The notes under the pieces are model-generated. The model was not told where the DNA came from, made no database searches, and saw only the letters and a list, made by a program, of their open reading frames with translations. Shown one piece after another: positions 38,281-50,086 of a stretch of DNA of 64,000 nt. The stretch is from Iphione sp. A-MEVVRFRX5. Taxonomy: Eukaryota. A program made the translations under genes and the position numbers. The DNA lies in assembly GCA_976226885.1 (NCBI GenBank), contig OZ320319.1, positions 84,816,001-84,880,000 of the forward strand. The letters are read 5' to 3'. Within the stretch, counting starts at the first letter, position 1; every line of letters begins with the position of its first letter.

Positions 38281-38997
38281 CTGCCGTCGAGCATAGTTGA
38301 GGTAAAAGTAAGAGATAATGCGACCACTGGAGGGACAAGCTCATTCTGCCCTTAATTGAGGGTTAGCCATATATGAGGTTACTTTTCCCTATACATTGCT
38401 TAGCTGCCCTCATTGCTGAGGTGTCTGCAGGGGGAGTTGCTACTGGAATTAGATTGAACGCATGTAAACAAATCCATGAACAACATCTGATGTGAACAGT
38501 GCATGAATGAATATGTAGATAACTGCACCTTCACTACGTGACAAGAACTGAGATTATAGCTGGTATGATATGAGAATAACGCAACAAATAGGGCGTAATG
38601 AGTAAGACATCCGAGTAGACACCCCCCAGGGCAGCCGAAGTAAACTTATGTAAGTCTGGGGTCACAGAGGACCAAAGAGAGAAAAAAATTGGCAGGCAAG
38701 ATGTTAATTATTATCAAATTAGTATACTGATTCCGATATACATGTACAGTAGAAACCCGCTGAGGTGACCACTGGAAAGACTAGCTAATTCTGCCCCTAA
38801 TGGTAAGGTGCTTTACATATGGTTGCTTTTCTATATATTATCTACTATTGGGACTGGAATATTTTCGCTGCATTCTGAGGTCCCCCCCCCCTTGCCTGTA
38901 GGATGCTACTGTACATAGGAAATACATTACATGCGATGTACATGGGCTGAAATGTCAGGAATAAAATCTCTTCAATAAGTTTTATACTAGCACTTAC

Positions 38998-39103
38998 GTA
39001 GAGTCGGGAATGTTCTGAGAGTGTCCTCTGAAGTTCGACCTCCGGTTTCCGGTTGGCGTTCTGAAGATGGTACCATCCTCGCTTTGAACTCCTCATATTG
39101 AGC
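38998..39103 (-). CDS. Probable internal exon of the same unidentified gene (frame ambiguous)
   Basis: GTAAGT donor at 38997 and two open frames. The frame ending ..EHSRLY joins 38280 in phase 0. Confidence 0.45.
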
Positions 39104-40941
39104 CTACACACTCACAGTGTTATTGAAGAGAGGTGGCTTATATGTAAGGAGGACAATCTTAAAATGGTGTCAGATAAGAAAGATATTCCTACACAAGATG
39201 ACAATGGTAAAATGGCAATCTTCAGATTCTGTTGCTGTATAAGACAGATGTTCCTGTGCAAGATGGCAATCTGTAGATGACGTCAGGTGGATAACACGGG
39301 CATTCCTAGAAGAGCGGGGGCATTCCTAGAAGAAGTGCCAACCTTATGACTGTGTTGACTGTATTACAGGGATGCTCCCGTGGAAGCTGAAAATCTTCAG
39401 TTGGTGTCAAATAGAGAGAAAATCGTGCTCCATTAAGTGCATATTGTTGCGTAATGCTGAAAATCCCACGGTACTGCAGTGCACAAGTGTGTTCTTCTTA
39501 AATAACTCAGGACTGTCCCTATCTCTCTCAAGCGTGACTGTCAGAGGAGTCTCGAGAACGAGAACTACCAATGAGAGGTTCAGTCTGGCTGGTGACGTGG
39601 TTAAATTAAGTCAATGTCACTTGGTTCAATACAAGGGGGGATTACCATGATGTTGACGTACAGAGGCCGGTCTGATCGTGTTGACAAGAAGCGGTCGATT
39701 ACTGCCAGTTTGGCCTAAAATAATGATATCTGCATTACATCGAATTAGACAAGGTCGGTCCCAATCTCACAACGCTTTATAAGCGGTGATATACATATAT
39801 ATACATATATATAGAGAGAAATTGTGGTGACTACTGCAACGTCAGTGAATGCCCGGATTTCGCTGTCATCCTCCTCTCATTCCTATAAATTATATGCCTG
39901 CGAAAGTTAAGAGAGTATAAAAAAAACCCCATAAGATCAAGATGATGTAATTTTGTCGGCATCCCATACAGAGAGGTCAGCAACTGAAGTTATATTTTAG
40001 CTCCACTGGGGTTCAATGTCAAGTTTGTCAATCTCAAGATCATTTATAATGAGGGTAGCGACCAAGGCAAAGTCCTAAATCGTGTACTTTGGTCAATGTC
40101 AAGTTTACGTCAATCTCATGTTTATTTACAAAGAGGGTGCATACAAACGACAACGTGCGTTTCTCCTACGCACTCGGGTTGTGTTTATCATTTCAAGCAT
40201 TTCGAATAAAAGGGGACCAAAGCTATGTGCTCAAGTCACCTTTTCTAGTCAATATCTAGGCTGTATTTGATGACAGTTTTTTTTTCTTTTAATAACTCCG
40301 TCGTCTTATTTACAAGCAGAAGCTGCGTGGATCAAGCTATTTGTAGATGTTCTTACTCTTCCTACGTGTTACATATGTGCCTGCTGGTGGACTACTGATC
40401 AATATAGACCGATTGGCTTAGTGGCAGTGGAGTCATTGTTGATCCCACGTAAGACTAGAGGTCACTACCTGTAACGCCGACAATAGAACCCACAGGAGGC
40501 TTGCCGTTTGGATGCCCATGTAAGAAAACTGGATGGTTTGAGAAACAGTTGTTGCTTCGATTCAAGTTGCTGATGGTGTGGGCTGGTAAAAGAATGAGTA
40601 GTTCCTGACCAGTGTGTGTTGGCAACTATCTCCGTACTCCCTATCTCTTTTGTCTTTATATCGTGCCATCTACTTTCCGATCTCTTTCCTTCAGGGACTG
40701 ATTTATTTTGCTACATCATTATAGATTGTACTAAACGTCTACAATTCGAAGTGATAACTGAGCTTTATGTTGGGACGTGCTCCATTACTTGAAAAGAAAA
40801 AGTAAAACAAGCAACGTGTTGTTTCAGCTGTGTTAGTGACGGTGATATCATTACAGAACAGGTTATTTCTGGTGTTAAGTTGGCAATAATGTGAGTTAAT
40901 CAAACTATCAGTTGTTGTTTCATGTGTCAGGTGGCCAGTAA

Positions 40942-41268
40942 GGCCTAGTAAAAAAAATTCTGTTTCCAGTAACCCGACCGACCCTGCATTAGAGCTAATT
41001 GTAACTTATTTTTTCTTGCTTTTGTTCTGAATAAGTTCAGAATGAATCATGAGAGACTTATATTCTATACACCAAATTGTTTCTTAGGCTACTAGCTTTC
41101 ATTTGACACAAGTTTCATTAAAATCTAACCAGTTTAAGTGACATTGCCATAACACATGTTGCTTTCAGGAGCTTTTAGCATTAAAAAAAGAAAAAAAAAG
41201 TGACCTACCGACCGACCCTGTATCTTTTCAGCTTGTTAGCGGAAAAACAGAACTTTTTGTTAAAAGCC
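40942..41268. mobile_element. PIF/Harbinger MITE, family A, copy 4
   Basis: TAA TSD, slightly decayed TIRs, internal sequence collinear with copy 1. Confidence 0.8.
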
Positions 41269-41649
41269 TAAACAAAATATTGTTTCATGTGTGAGTTGGT
41301 GGTGGTGCGAGTTGGTGGTGGTGCGAGTTGGTTATGTTAGTAGTGGGTCCAGTTTGAATCATCCTGTTCCTGCTCAGTTGTGTTACATGGAGCAAACACT
41401 AATCCCATCACGAGTGAAAGTGATAAGTGGTTATGCTGGTGTATAGAAACGTCACTTGCGACATACCAAGTGCAACTCATATTCGGAATGAAGGAAGCAA
41501 TCTCAAGTGCCATCAAACATAATTATATAACCCAGAAGTGGGGAAATGTAGCATGTGCGGCCTTTGTCCCTGTGTGACGTCCTCTTTAGACATCATTTCA
41601 AGCACAGATGAAATTTACTTCTATTTTAAGCATTTTGCATTTCGCAGCA

Positions 41650-42530
41650 TAGAGGCACAGAGATATCAATAAGCTATAGGCCCATCAGGAGGCAAATGGT
41701 CTATCAGCCGTAGAACAATATAGCTTCAGGAAGGCTAGAGGCACAAGGGATGCCATCTTTAGTGTAGCTAACAAAATATATGCAGGTATCAATGGCAGAA
41801 TGTACACTAATGCAACCTTCATAGACCTTGGAAAAGCTTTTGACGCTTTCAATCATTGACTTCTTCTGGATAAATTGAAGCATGAATTCCATTTTGATCA
41901 AAACACTCTGAAATGGTTTACCAGCTACTTAAATGATAGAAAAAAAATCTGCATTGTAAATGGCCTGAAATTTGAAGCAAGAGTAGCAGCAATAGGAGTG
42001 CCCCAGGGTTCGACTCTAGACCCTCTTCTATTCTCGATGTACATTAAAAATCTCCTGTCTTCAATTTGTTCGAAGACAACCATAGTCTTGCCTGTGCGAC
42101 TCAGTGTTGAACAAGCTAGAATGGTGTGCGTTTAGAAAGCTCACTATGAATACCAGGGAAAACGATTCTCCCTACCTACCCAAATAATGCGTCATCAGTA
42201 TCGCAAGCAACTGCAGAAATCAGTGTATAGAAAATGTGAATCAATACACGTATTTGGATGTTATCTTTGAACAAAGCATGAAATTTGACGCAGAAGCTGA
42301 AAAAATAATGAAATCTGTATCTAAGAAGTTAGTCTAGTGTATGATCTGAAAGGTTACTTCAGTACATTTGACCTATTGAGGCCATACAAAGCCTTCATCA
42401 GGCCACAGTTTGTTTATTCAACAGTAATGTTAGGATGTTGCAAAAAGTCTGGAAAGAGTCCAGGGGTTCAAGATAGAGCATTAGCAATGATCCATAGTAA
42501 ATGTCTAAAATTATCGAAATGCCTGTAGCA
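41650..42530 (+). pseudogene. Decayed CR1/L2-type LINE reverse transcriptase fragment
   Basis: QYSFRKARGT, FIDLGKAFD, WFTSYLNDR, GVPQGSTL.PLLF and YKAFIRPQFVY, broken by stops and frameshifts. Confidence 0.85.
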
Positions 42531-44878
42531 GAGAGGGTACGTTAGGTCTATTTAGAGCGTCACCCAATGTAACTAATTACTAGTACCGCCTTAATTCCTG
42601 ATTCATGTTACGAGAAAACTGCTTATAACTTAACCGGTGTCATATTTACACGGAACGAACGATGGGACAAAATGGAAAGTTTTAGCTTAAGGACAAACGC
42701 ATTCCTAAGGTCCTCCCACTGAAGGCAAGGGGACCAATTAGAGGTGATCGTCCAGAAACTCTTGAAGAGACGAGTTACTCTGGCAAAATGTGGCAGTATT
42801 CCCAGGTTCCTCTCGACTCCATAAGGGTGGGTCACCGATGAAAAACAGGTTATATTACTTTTCATGATTCAGTAGCTGAAGTGGCTCCCATAAGATGAAA
42901 CACAGTTGACCTTCGTTATCCGACATTTGAGTGATTACTGGCTTTCGAGTCAGTTACATGGGTATTTTTTTCTGCTTGTTAAAGTATAATATTCTAGTCA
43001 AAACAAGTAAGTGCTGCAGAACATATCAGACGTAGAGGTATTGTCGGTTAAGGGATGGTCAGTAAGCGAAGGTTGAGTGTAGATGAACTGACATGAAAAT
43101 AACAAGACCAACAACCTTGAGAATATTAAGCAAGAGAGTTCAATTTATTACTTCAAGAGGGGTCTGTTCTTAATGTAATGGTTCTTTTTCTTTGTCATTA
43201 TTTCACAATACACTGCTCGGATGTATTTAAATAACTGTCCTGTAAACGTAAGCTGGAAAGGCAGCGGGTACCTTGTCAGACGCCCACAGGTCTCCGGGTA
43301 CCGTGTCAGACGCACCATACAAACTGACCAGTCTACCACCAGGAGGCGGGGGTAACTGTTTTTATAATACAAAAAGGCTGGTGGAGTAAACCACTTGAAA
43401 TAATAATCAAACTCAAGTCATTATATCATTATGTATATGGAATTTGCATCACATGAAAAAGACAACACTGTCGTATGACAACTTTTATGAAAAAAAAGAC
43501 AGGATTGGTAAAATGAACGACATCTTGAAACAGAACACCGTTATTCTTCAGTCGAGCCGGGCACACAGCTCTCTCACGCCGAGGAAAGGGCCTCTCCCAG
43601 TCTTTGAACAAATCACCTCTGAACGATTTCTACTCAGTAGTTTGTATGTATTCGAAACCAAAATTTCGTTTCTTTTTAAATATTTTTTTTTGCAAGCAAT
43701 AACTTGAAATGGCTGCATAGATTGATAATGACTACGTGGAAATTAAGCCACGTTTTAGCTTCAGAATGTCCCGTTGGCCGCAGCAGTCAAGCAGACTGAA
43801 GCTGTGAGTGGTCCCAGACCACGGTCCCCCCTTTCTCTTTTTTTTGTCGAAAGAATCGGACTAATTACGACTTAGTTTTCCAGCCAAAAAAGAACGTGCT
43901 TTCCCTCTGATTTGTTTCTTGTCGGGGTTCTGTTTTCCTTGTTTCCTCCCCCCTCGAATCTACTACATATATGACCAGCGTGATTCACGAGACAACCTGT
44001 GATGAGAAAAAAAAAAACGAAAAAAAGAGAGGTTGCCTCATGTCTGAATTCTTTTTTAAACGACGAAACTGAAGGGAGACCAGGAGATTTAACAAAGCAT
44101 TGATAAAAAATGACGACATAAACTTTCACAGAACACAAGAGGAATTCTATACGTAGAAACTGTGTGACGTTTACACCATTGCGCAGCGAAACTGTTATAT
44201 ATATATACTCTTCTTGTTTCATACGTAATGCATTCTTGTAGGGGGGCGGGGGAGGGGGAGGAGGGGGGATATGAAATGGCCATTGATAGAAATTCTTTGT
44301 TCTCTGATTGCCTCCTCCGACTCTCTCCCCTCAGGACTGTAGCATCACTGCTAGAAGTGTAATTGTTTCCCCCTTTGTGTACACAGTGAGTATACTGAAA
44401 TCTTAGCAAAGCTGGCTGTCGCCTTTCATCATCCCTCAACTGACAACAATGTTTTATGTACAGAGTCCTAGGAGTAAACACACATCTTCAGTCTATATAT
44501 ATATAATGTGTATAGGAGACATGCACTTTTGTACCTTATAGTTGTTGTTTTTTTTTGTCTGAGACTAGCCGGATTCTTAGCGTTATAAGAACATATGTCC
44601 ATTGTATATGAACCTTTCTCTAGAGATAGACTTGAAAAAATGGACCCTGGGAGGGGGGTGGGTGGGTGAGTGGGTGAGTGTGGGGTTATATATTTATATA
44701 TTTATACCAGACATGCTAACGAAGGACCCCAGCTACGGCCCTGCCTCTAACTAAATAAGTGACTAACACCTGGCCATACGCACACACCCACGGTGTCGTC
44801 CTCACCCTCCCGGCGCCTATAACTTGCCGCAGAATGACATGATTCACTTCTAGGTTACATTTATGCGGGCTGGTCCTG

Positions 44879-44880
<2 letters not shown>

Positions 44881-44923
<43 letters not shown>

Positions 44924-44930
44924 GCACGCA
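44881..44930. repeat. (CA)n/(CGCA)n microsatellite
   Basis: Direct inspection. Confidence 0.95.
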
Positions 44931-45424
44931 TACACAGAGAAACACATGGAATTCACTCGACAGAGAGAAAAGTCTTCGTGCTTTTGGCGTATTATACTAG
45001 AGAGAGGAAAGTTGGCTGGTGGGTGGGTGGGTGGATGGGTCGTTGGGTCGATAACTGACTATTATATCATACAATCAGAAGCGGGAAGTCTACAGCAAAA
45101 AACGAAAAAAAATCATAGAAATAAAACTATAATACGTAACCTTAAATAATAGTCACTTCAAGGGCACAGCATGCCATGAATTGACAACTCATACCAAATG
45201 TCAACCACATTCTATCTGGCGTGGAACTGGAGCAGGGGTGGGGGATGGATGGGTCGGGGGGGGGGGTAGAATGATGATTAAACAGATACCGCTCCGCCGT
45301 CGGCACTTCAATCTACATATAAATACTGCCCGCGGCCGGAGGATATCACAAGAAGAAACGGAACCTAACAGGGAAAGGGGAGAACTTGAACACAGAGTTT
45401 CTCTCCGCACTCTGAGATAGTGTC

Positions 45425-45660
45425 TAATTAAGAACCTCGTCTAACGGTCACCTACCGAATCAGGACGCCTCATCCCGCCCCCACAAAAAAATCCTCATTG
45501 TTACAGACACCTGGTATAACGGCCGCATCACCAATAAGGACACCTCGTCTAGCGGTCACCGCATTAGTAAGGACACCTGGTCTTATGGTTAACTCACTAT
45601 TGAGGACACCATTGTCTAGAAATGGTCGCCTCACTAATACGGACACCTCTTTCGGTGAGT
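45425..45660. repeat. Degenerate ~31-33 bp repeats (TAAGGACACCT..GGTCACC), possibly subterminal repeats of a Tc1/pogo MITE
   Basis: GGACACC recurs about 6 times. No paired TIR was found. Confidence 0.5.
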
Positions 45661-46471
45661 CTTATTACCTTTTATCTTTACATTACCCTCACTATAGCGA
45701 CCGCTTCGACATTAGAGGAGCAGTTCTGGTGATGTCCACTAGAGTGAGCACCCCACTTTACCAATACGCGCACGCTGAATTAACAAACATGCAACACCCA
45801 CGTTCTTTTTTTGTAAAGAATGCATTTCTTTTCAAATGAAAACGCTCCGCACACAGACAGCGAAGCAAGCAGTGTTTTCCCCTCTAATTAACAGACAGCA
45901 AGTCACTGTTACACAATATCATGTCTTACATGAAAGTCTGCTCTGACATGGGGGTAAAAGCGTACTCTCAGAGTCTCAATTAAGTTACTTACATTGGGGG
46001 TGGGTGGGAGGGGGGACCCTGAATTATTAGAATCTGTCGAATAGCGAGGGTGTCGGGTTAGAAAGGATGACTGCAGTTGGCAATATGATAACTTGGATTA
46101 TTTTCCCATCAACTGGGGTAGTTTTGCCACTCATCTTAAATACAGTGTAAAACTTAAGTGTTCAAGTTCAACCTGGGATTAGTTCTGTGAAATCAAACAG
46201 CACCTGATATACTCCTCATGTGTGCATATGGCAGTCGAAAAAGTAAAAAGAAAAAGGGGAGGCATAAATGATAACCTCACAACAAATGCTTGCACGCATC
46301 CTGTGCCCTGTTTTGGTTTCTTTCAAGAATTGTTTCTTGCGTTTTTTTGCCAATATCATTTATATAGCACTGTTTACACAAAGGCCCACGTACAATGGAA
46401 TAGAAAGGGGAGCATATGCATGTATACAAAAGGCAGCAGATACAACGAGAAGTGAACCTATCAACTTCACT

Positions 46472-47010
46472 CATGGAAAGGGACGACTCGGAACTGAAGC
46501 CCACAATTCTGACACGTGGAAAGTAGCGGCTCAGAACTGAAGGCTACAATATTAACACATAAAAATGATGGTTCAGAACTGAAGGCTACAATCCCGACAC
46601 ACGGAAACTGATGGATCAGAACCAAAGCCTACAACCTTGACACGTGATAAATGATGGGTCAGATCTGAATCTGTCAGTCTTGACATGTAGAAAGTGATGA
46701 TGGCTCAGAACTTACACTTACAATTTTGATGTGAAAAATGACGGCTCAGACCTGAAGGCTCACATTTTGACACGTGGAAAGTGATGGCTCAGATCTGAAG
46801 CCTACAATCTTGACGTGTGAAAAACAATGGCTCAGAACTGAAGCCTACAATCTTGACATGTGACAAATGACGGCTCAGAACTGAAGCCTATGATCTTGAC
46901 ATGTAAAAAACAATGGCTCAGAACTGAAGCCTACAATCTTGACACGTGGAAAGTGATGGCTCAGAACTGTAGCCTACAATCTATAATAGATGGGAAGTGA
47001 TGGCTCATAT
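46472..47010. repeat. 42-44 bp minisatellite, about 12 copies
   Basis: GCTCAGAACTGAAGCCTACAATCTTGACACGTGGAAAGTGATG-like units head to tail. Confidence 0.92.
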
Positions 47011-47624
47011 TGGATCCCAGTGAAACGTTGACAGGATGGCCCAAAGCTCAGTTCCTGAAACAAGATTTACAGAAAGACCAAAAAGAACAAAACAAGATGG
47101 CAGGGGGGGTGGGTGCCATGCTGGGGCAATGTCCCCTCAGCAGAAAGCATTGTCGCGAAGTTTGACATATCTGTCAGTTACCTGATCGGTTGGAAGGGAA
47201 CTTGCTCTACCTACCCAGCCACCACTTCCTCTACGTCTTTAGAAAGTAGGTATTTGTGTGGATTTATATGTGTGTGTGAGTGTGTGCAACAGATATATAT
47301 ATACACACACACATATATAAAGATGTATACATATATGGGTCAGTATATGTATATAGACACACGTATCCAAAGTCCTGGGGCGACGATAATAATGCAGGGA
47401 CAAGGGCCGGTCGGTCCGTTGTGGCATTCTGATATAATAATAATATAATAATATAATGATAATAATAATAATGGTAAATCATCACCAACCAACCAGAGAG
47501 AGAATAGAGTACATGTACATACCTACATACCTTCCTACGTATGCACAAGCACACATACACACACGCACGCACTGATGTAGTATACTCGTAGTTGGTGAGG
47601 CCGACTCCCTGTACCATCAACCAG

Positions 47625-47645
47625 TGACCTTCTGACCTTTGACCC
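47625..47645 (-). promoter_or_regulatory. Composite nuclear-receptor element (three AGGTCA half-sites, DR1 plus DR2)
   Basis: TGACCT-TC-TGACCT-T-TGACCC. Motif match only. Confidence 0.3.
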
Positions 47646-48029
47646 TTGTGTCCTTGGTCAAGAGGTTCCAGGGGGTTAAAGATCGCAAGTCACTAGGTGA
47701 ACCGTTGCACAGGGAATACCAAGGACACAAAAAAAATAAGTGGAATTACAAAGGAGCACTGCAGGAGGGCTGCGTCACGTGAACGACGTCACGTGACTCC
47801 CGTACCATGTGTGTGTAAATATGCAGCCCGTGACATGGTCTTGAATGATCACCACTACGCAACATGGGACTGAGTTCCGATATTTCTAGGGCGCTAGGCA
47901 CGACATACAATATACAGGGTTAACTTTAGGTTTCAAACCTTGCTAGAGTGGCGGTTAGAAGTGAACGTCCGTTTCTCACTGGGAGCGAGGTGCCCTCTGC
48001 TCATCAATTATGCCTGTCACATCCCGCTG

Positions 48030-48330
48030 AGACAACCACAGTGGCTCCCTCTACATCCAGTGGAGGCAACCACTGTGGCTCCCTCTGTACTCAGCTGAGA
48101 TAACCACCGTAACTGCCTCCCACACTCAGCTGGCAGGAGAAGCACGGCTATGGAGGGACAAAAGTGGCTCCCTCTACATCCAGTGGAGGCAACCACTGTG
48201 GCTCCCTCTATACTCAGCCGAGACAACTACTGTAACTGCCCCCTACACTCAGCTGGCAGGAGAAGTACATCTATAAAGGGACTACAGTGGCTCCCTCTAC
48301 ATCCAGCTGAGACAACCACCGTGGTTCCCA
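48030..48330. repeat. Higher-order repeat: 123-bp period built from ~33-bp subunits
   Basis: AGTGGCTCCCTCTACATCCAG at 48040, 48163 and 48286. Confidence 0.85.
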
Positions 48331-49077
48331 CTGCATCCAGCACGAGGGATCACCCTGCCTCCCTCTAGGGTAGTTCATACGACTCACACAAGAGGCCATC
48401 AATGAAAAACACATTAGGTAAACAAGAAACCATGCCGATTACTTGGTTTTCTTGGAAACAGGATTTCACTTACACAACGCAAACTCACTACCCTGAAAGA
48501 TGAACTGCATTCCCATTTGTATCCTCCAGGGAAGCTGTCTTTTTTTTCTCTCTCACACACACTCTAATTCACCACTGAGTGTTTTGTTTTTGTTTTTATC
48601 CCTCCCCCCCCGAGTAAATATGGCAAACAACAAGAGCATAAAAAATCGACCAGAAATGCTGTTTTCATAAACATACTAAACACCATCCGAAAGGCTTGAA
48701 AATAATAACGCTTATTTTCAAAGCTTCGAATATACAAAGATGCTATCGAAAAAAAAATGAAGGAAACAAAGGAAATAATAGTTGACTTGGGCAGTCAGTC
48801 TGATGTGTGTTGTAATAGGCTGTCAGGATCCCAGTGGGCGGGGGTGGGGGCCTGAGGGCTTGGCCACTAACAGAAGGGAGGCCATCTATACAGGCTCTAC
48901 TCACACATGTCTTCATGTTTTCTCTTACTTCACATGCTGGCAAAGGTGGCCTTCACATTTCCAGCACAGCCTTGGCAGCTGTGAGGGTCCCATACCCCAC
49001 CATGTGAAGAAGCATGGCGGTGCTGGCGTAGACAGGTCTCCATGCAAGCAGGCGCAACATGTTCTTATCCCTCTCAC

Positions 49078-49644
49078 GCAGACCGCAGCCCAGGTAGCAT
49101 CCATGTTCCACTCTTATCCATCTCCATGTTGCATGCAGACTGCAGCCTGGGTAGCATCCATGTTCCGCTCTTATCCATCTCCACGTTGCATGCAGACCGC
49201 GGCCTGGGTAGCATCCATATTCCGCTCTTATCCATCTCCATGTTGCATGCAGACTGCAGCCTGGGTGGCATCCATGTTCCACTCTTATCCATCTCCATGT
49301 TGCATGCAGACTGCAGCCTGGGTAGCATCCATGTTCCGCTCTTATCCATCTCCATTCTGCGTTCAAAGAGCAGCCTGGGTGGCATCCATATTCCGCTCTT
49401 ATCCATCTCCATGTTGCATGCAGACTGCAGCCTGGGTGGCATCCATATTCCGCTCTTATCCATCTCCATGTTGCATGCAGACTGCGGCCTGGGTAGCATC
49501 CATGTTCTGCTCTTATCCATCTCCATGTTGCATGCAGACTGCATCTCCATTCTGCATTCAAAGAGCAGCCTGGGTGGCATCCATATTCCGCTCTTATCCA
49601 TCTCCATGTTGTGTGCAGACCGCAGCCTGGGTAGCATCCATGTT
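49078..49644. repeat. 57-bp minisatellite, about 10 copies, about 190 bp downstream of the DIP2 stop codon
   Basis: GCAGACTGCAGCCTGGGTAGCATCCATGTTCCGCTCTTATCCATCTCCATGTTGCAT units. Confidence 0.95.
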
Positions 49645-49833
49645 AAGAACCTGTGTACACGCATACACCATGAGACTCTCTTTCATAAGACTATGTATCC
49701 TGCCTGGTGCTCCTGCTGCCACCTGCCAGCGCCCTCAGTTGTGAGTAGATATGACCTCCCCTGACCTCTGACCTATAAAGCCCTCGGTCCACTTGTTCCT
49801 TCCGTACGTCGAAGTGGCCGCGTGCGGACTTCC

Positions 49834-50086
49834 TTACATGTTGTACGCCACGTAGATGGGGTCGAGCTGGTCGGCGAGGAAGCCGTCCCGCAGGTGCATG
49901 CGCTGCTTCTCGCCCCGCGAGTTGATGGGCACCACTCCGGGGTCGACCACCACAACCACACCAACGATCAAGTAGTGCTCTTCCAGCACCACGTTGGTCA
50001 CCAAGGGAACCAAGTCCAGAGCCTCGTTCTCATGTCCGTCTAGCTCCACCACCACGACCAGCAGATTTGTCCACGTGAAGACCGCA
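49834..50086 (-). CDS. DIP2: DIP2 terminal exon
   Basis: CAVFTWTNLLVVVVELDG..DPIYVAYNM*. Confidence 0.97.

Noticed and set aside
39143-39640. Possible LTR starting TGTAAG with repeated AAGATGGC motifs
   Set aside because: No matching CA end with a TSD and no AATAAA in the expected place.
40440-40545. Minus-strand segment reading MGIQTASLLWVLLSALQ with a GT donor
   Set aside because: Three frames are open up to the donor, so no frame or gene link can be supported. It may belong to the unknown gene.
42684-42830. Plus-strand exon-like frame LKDKRIPKVLPLKARGPIRGDRPE...
   Set aside because: Weak acceptor and no phase-compatible neighbours identified.
48782-49764. Four long overlapping ORFs (196-320 aa)
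   Set aside because: They are produced by the 57-bp (3n) tandem repeat, are open on both strands, and have no unique domain or splice context.
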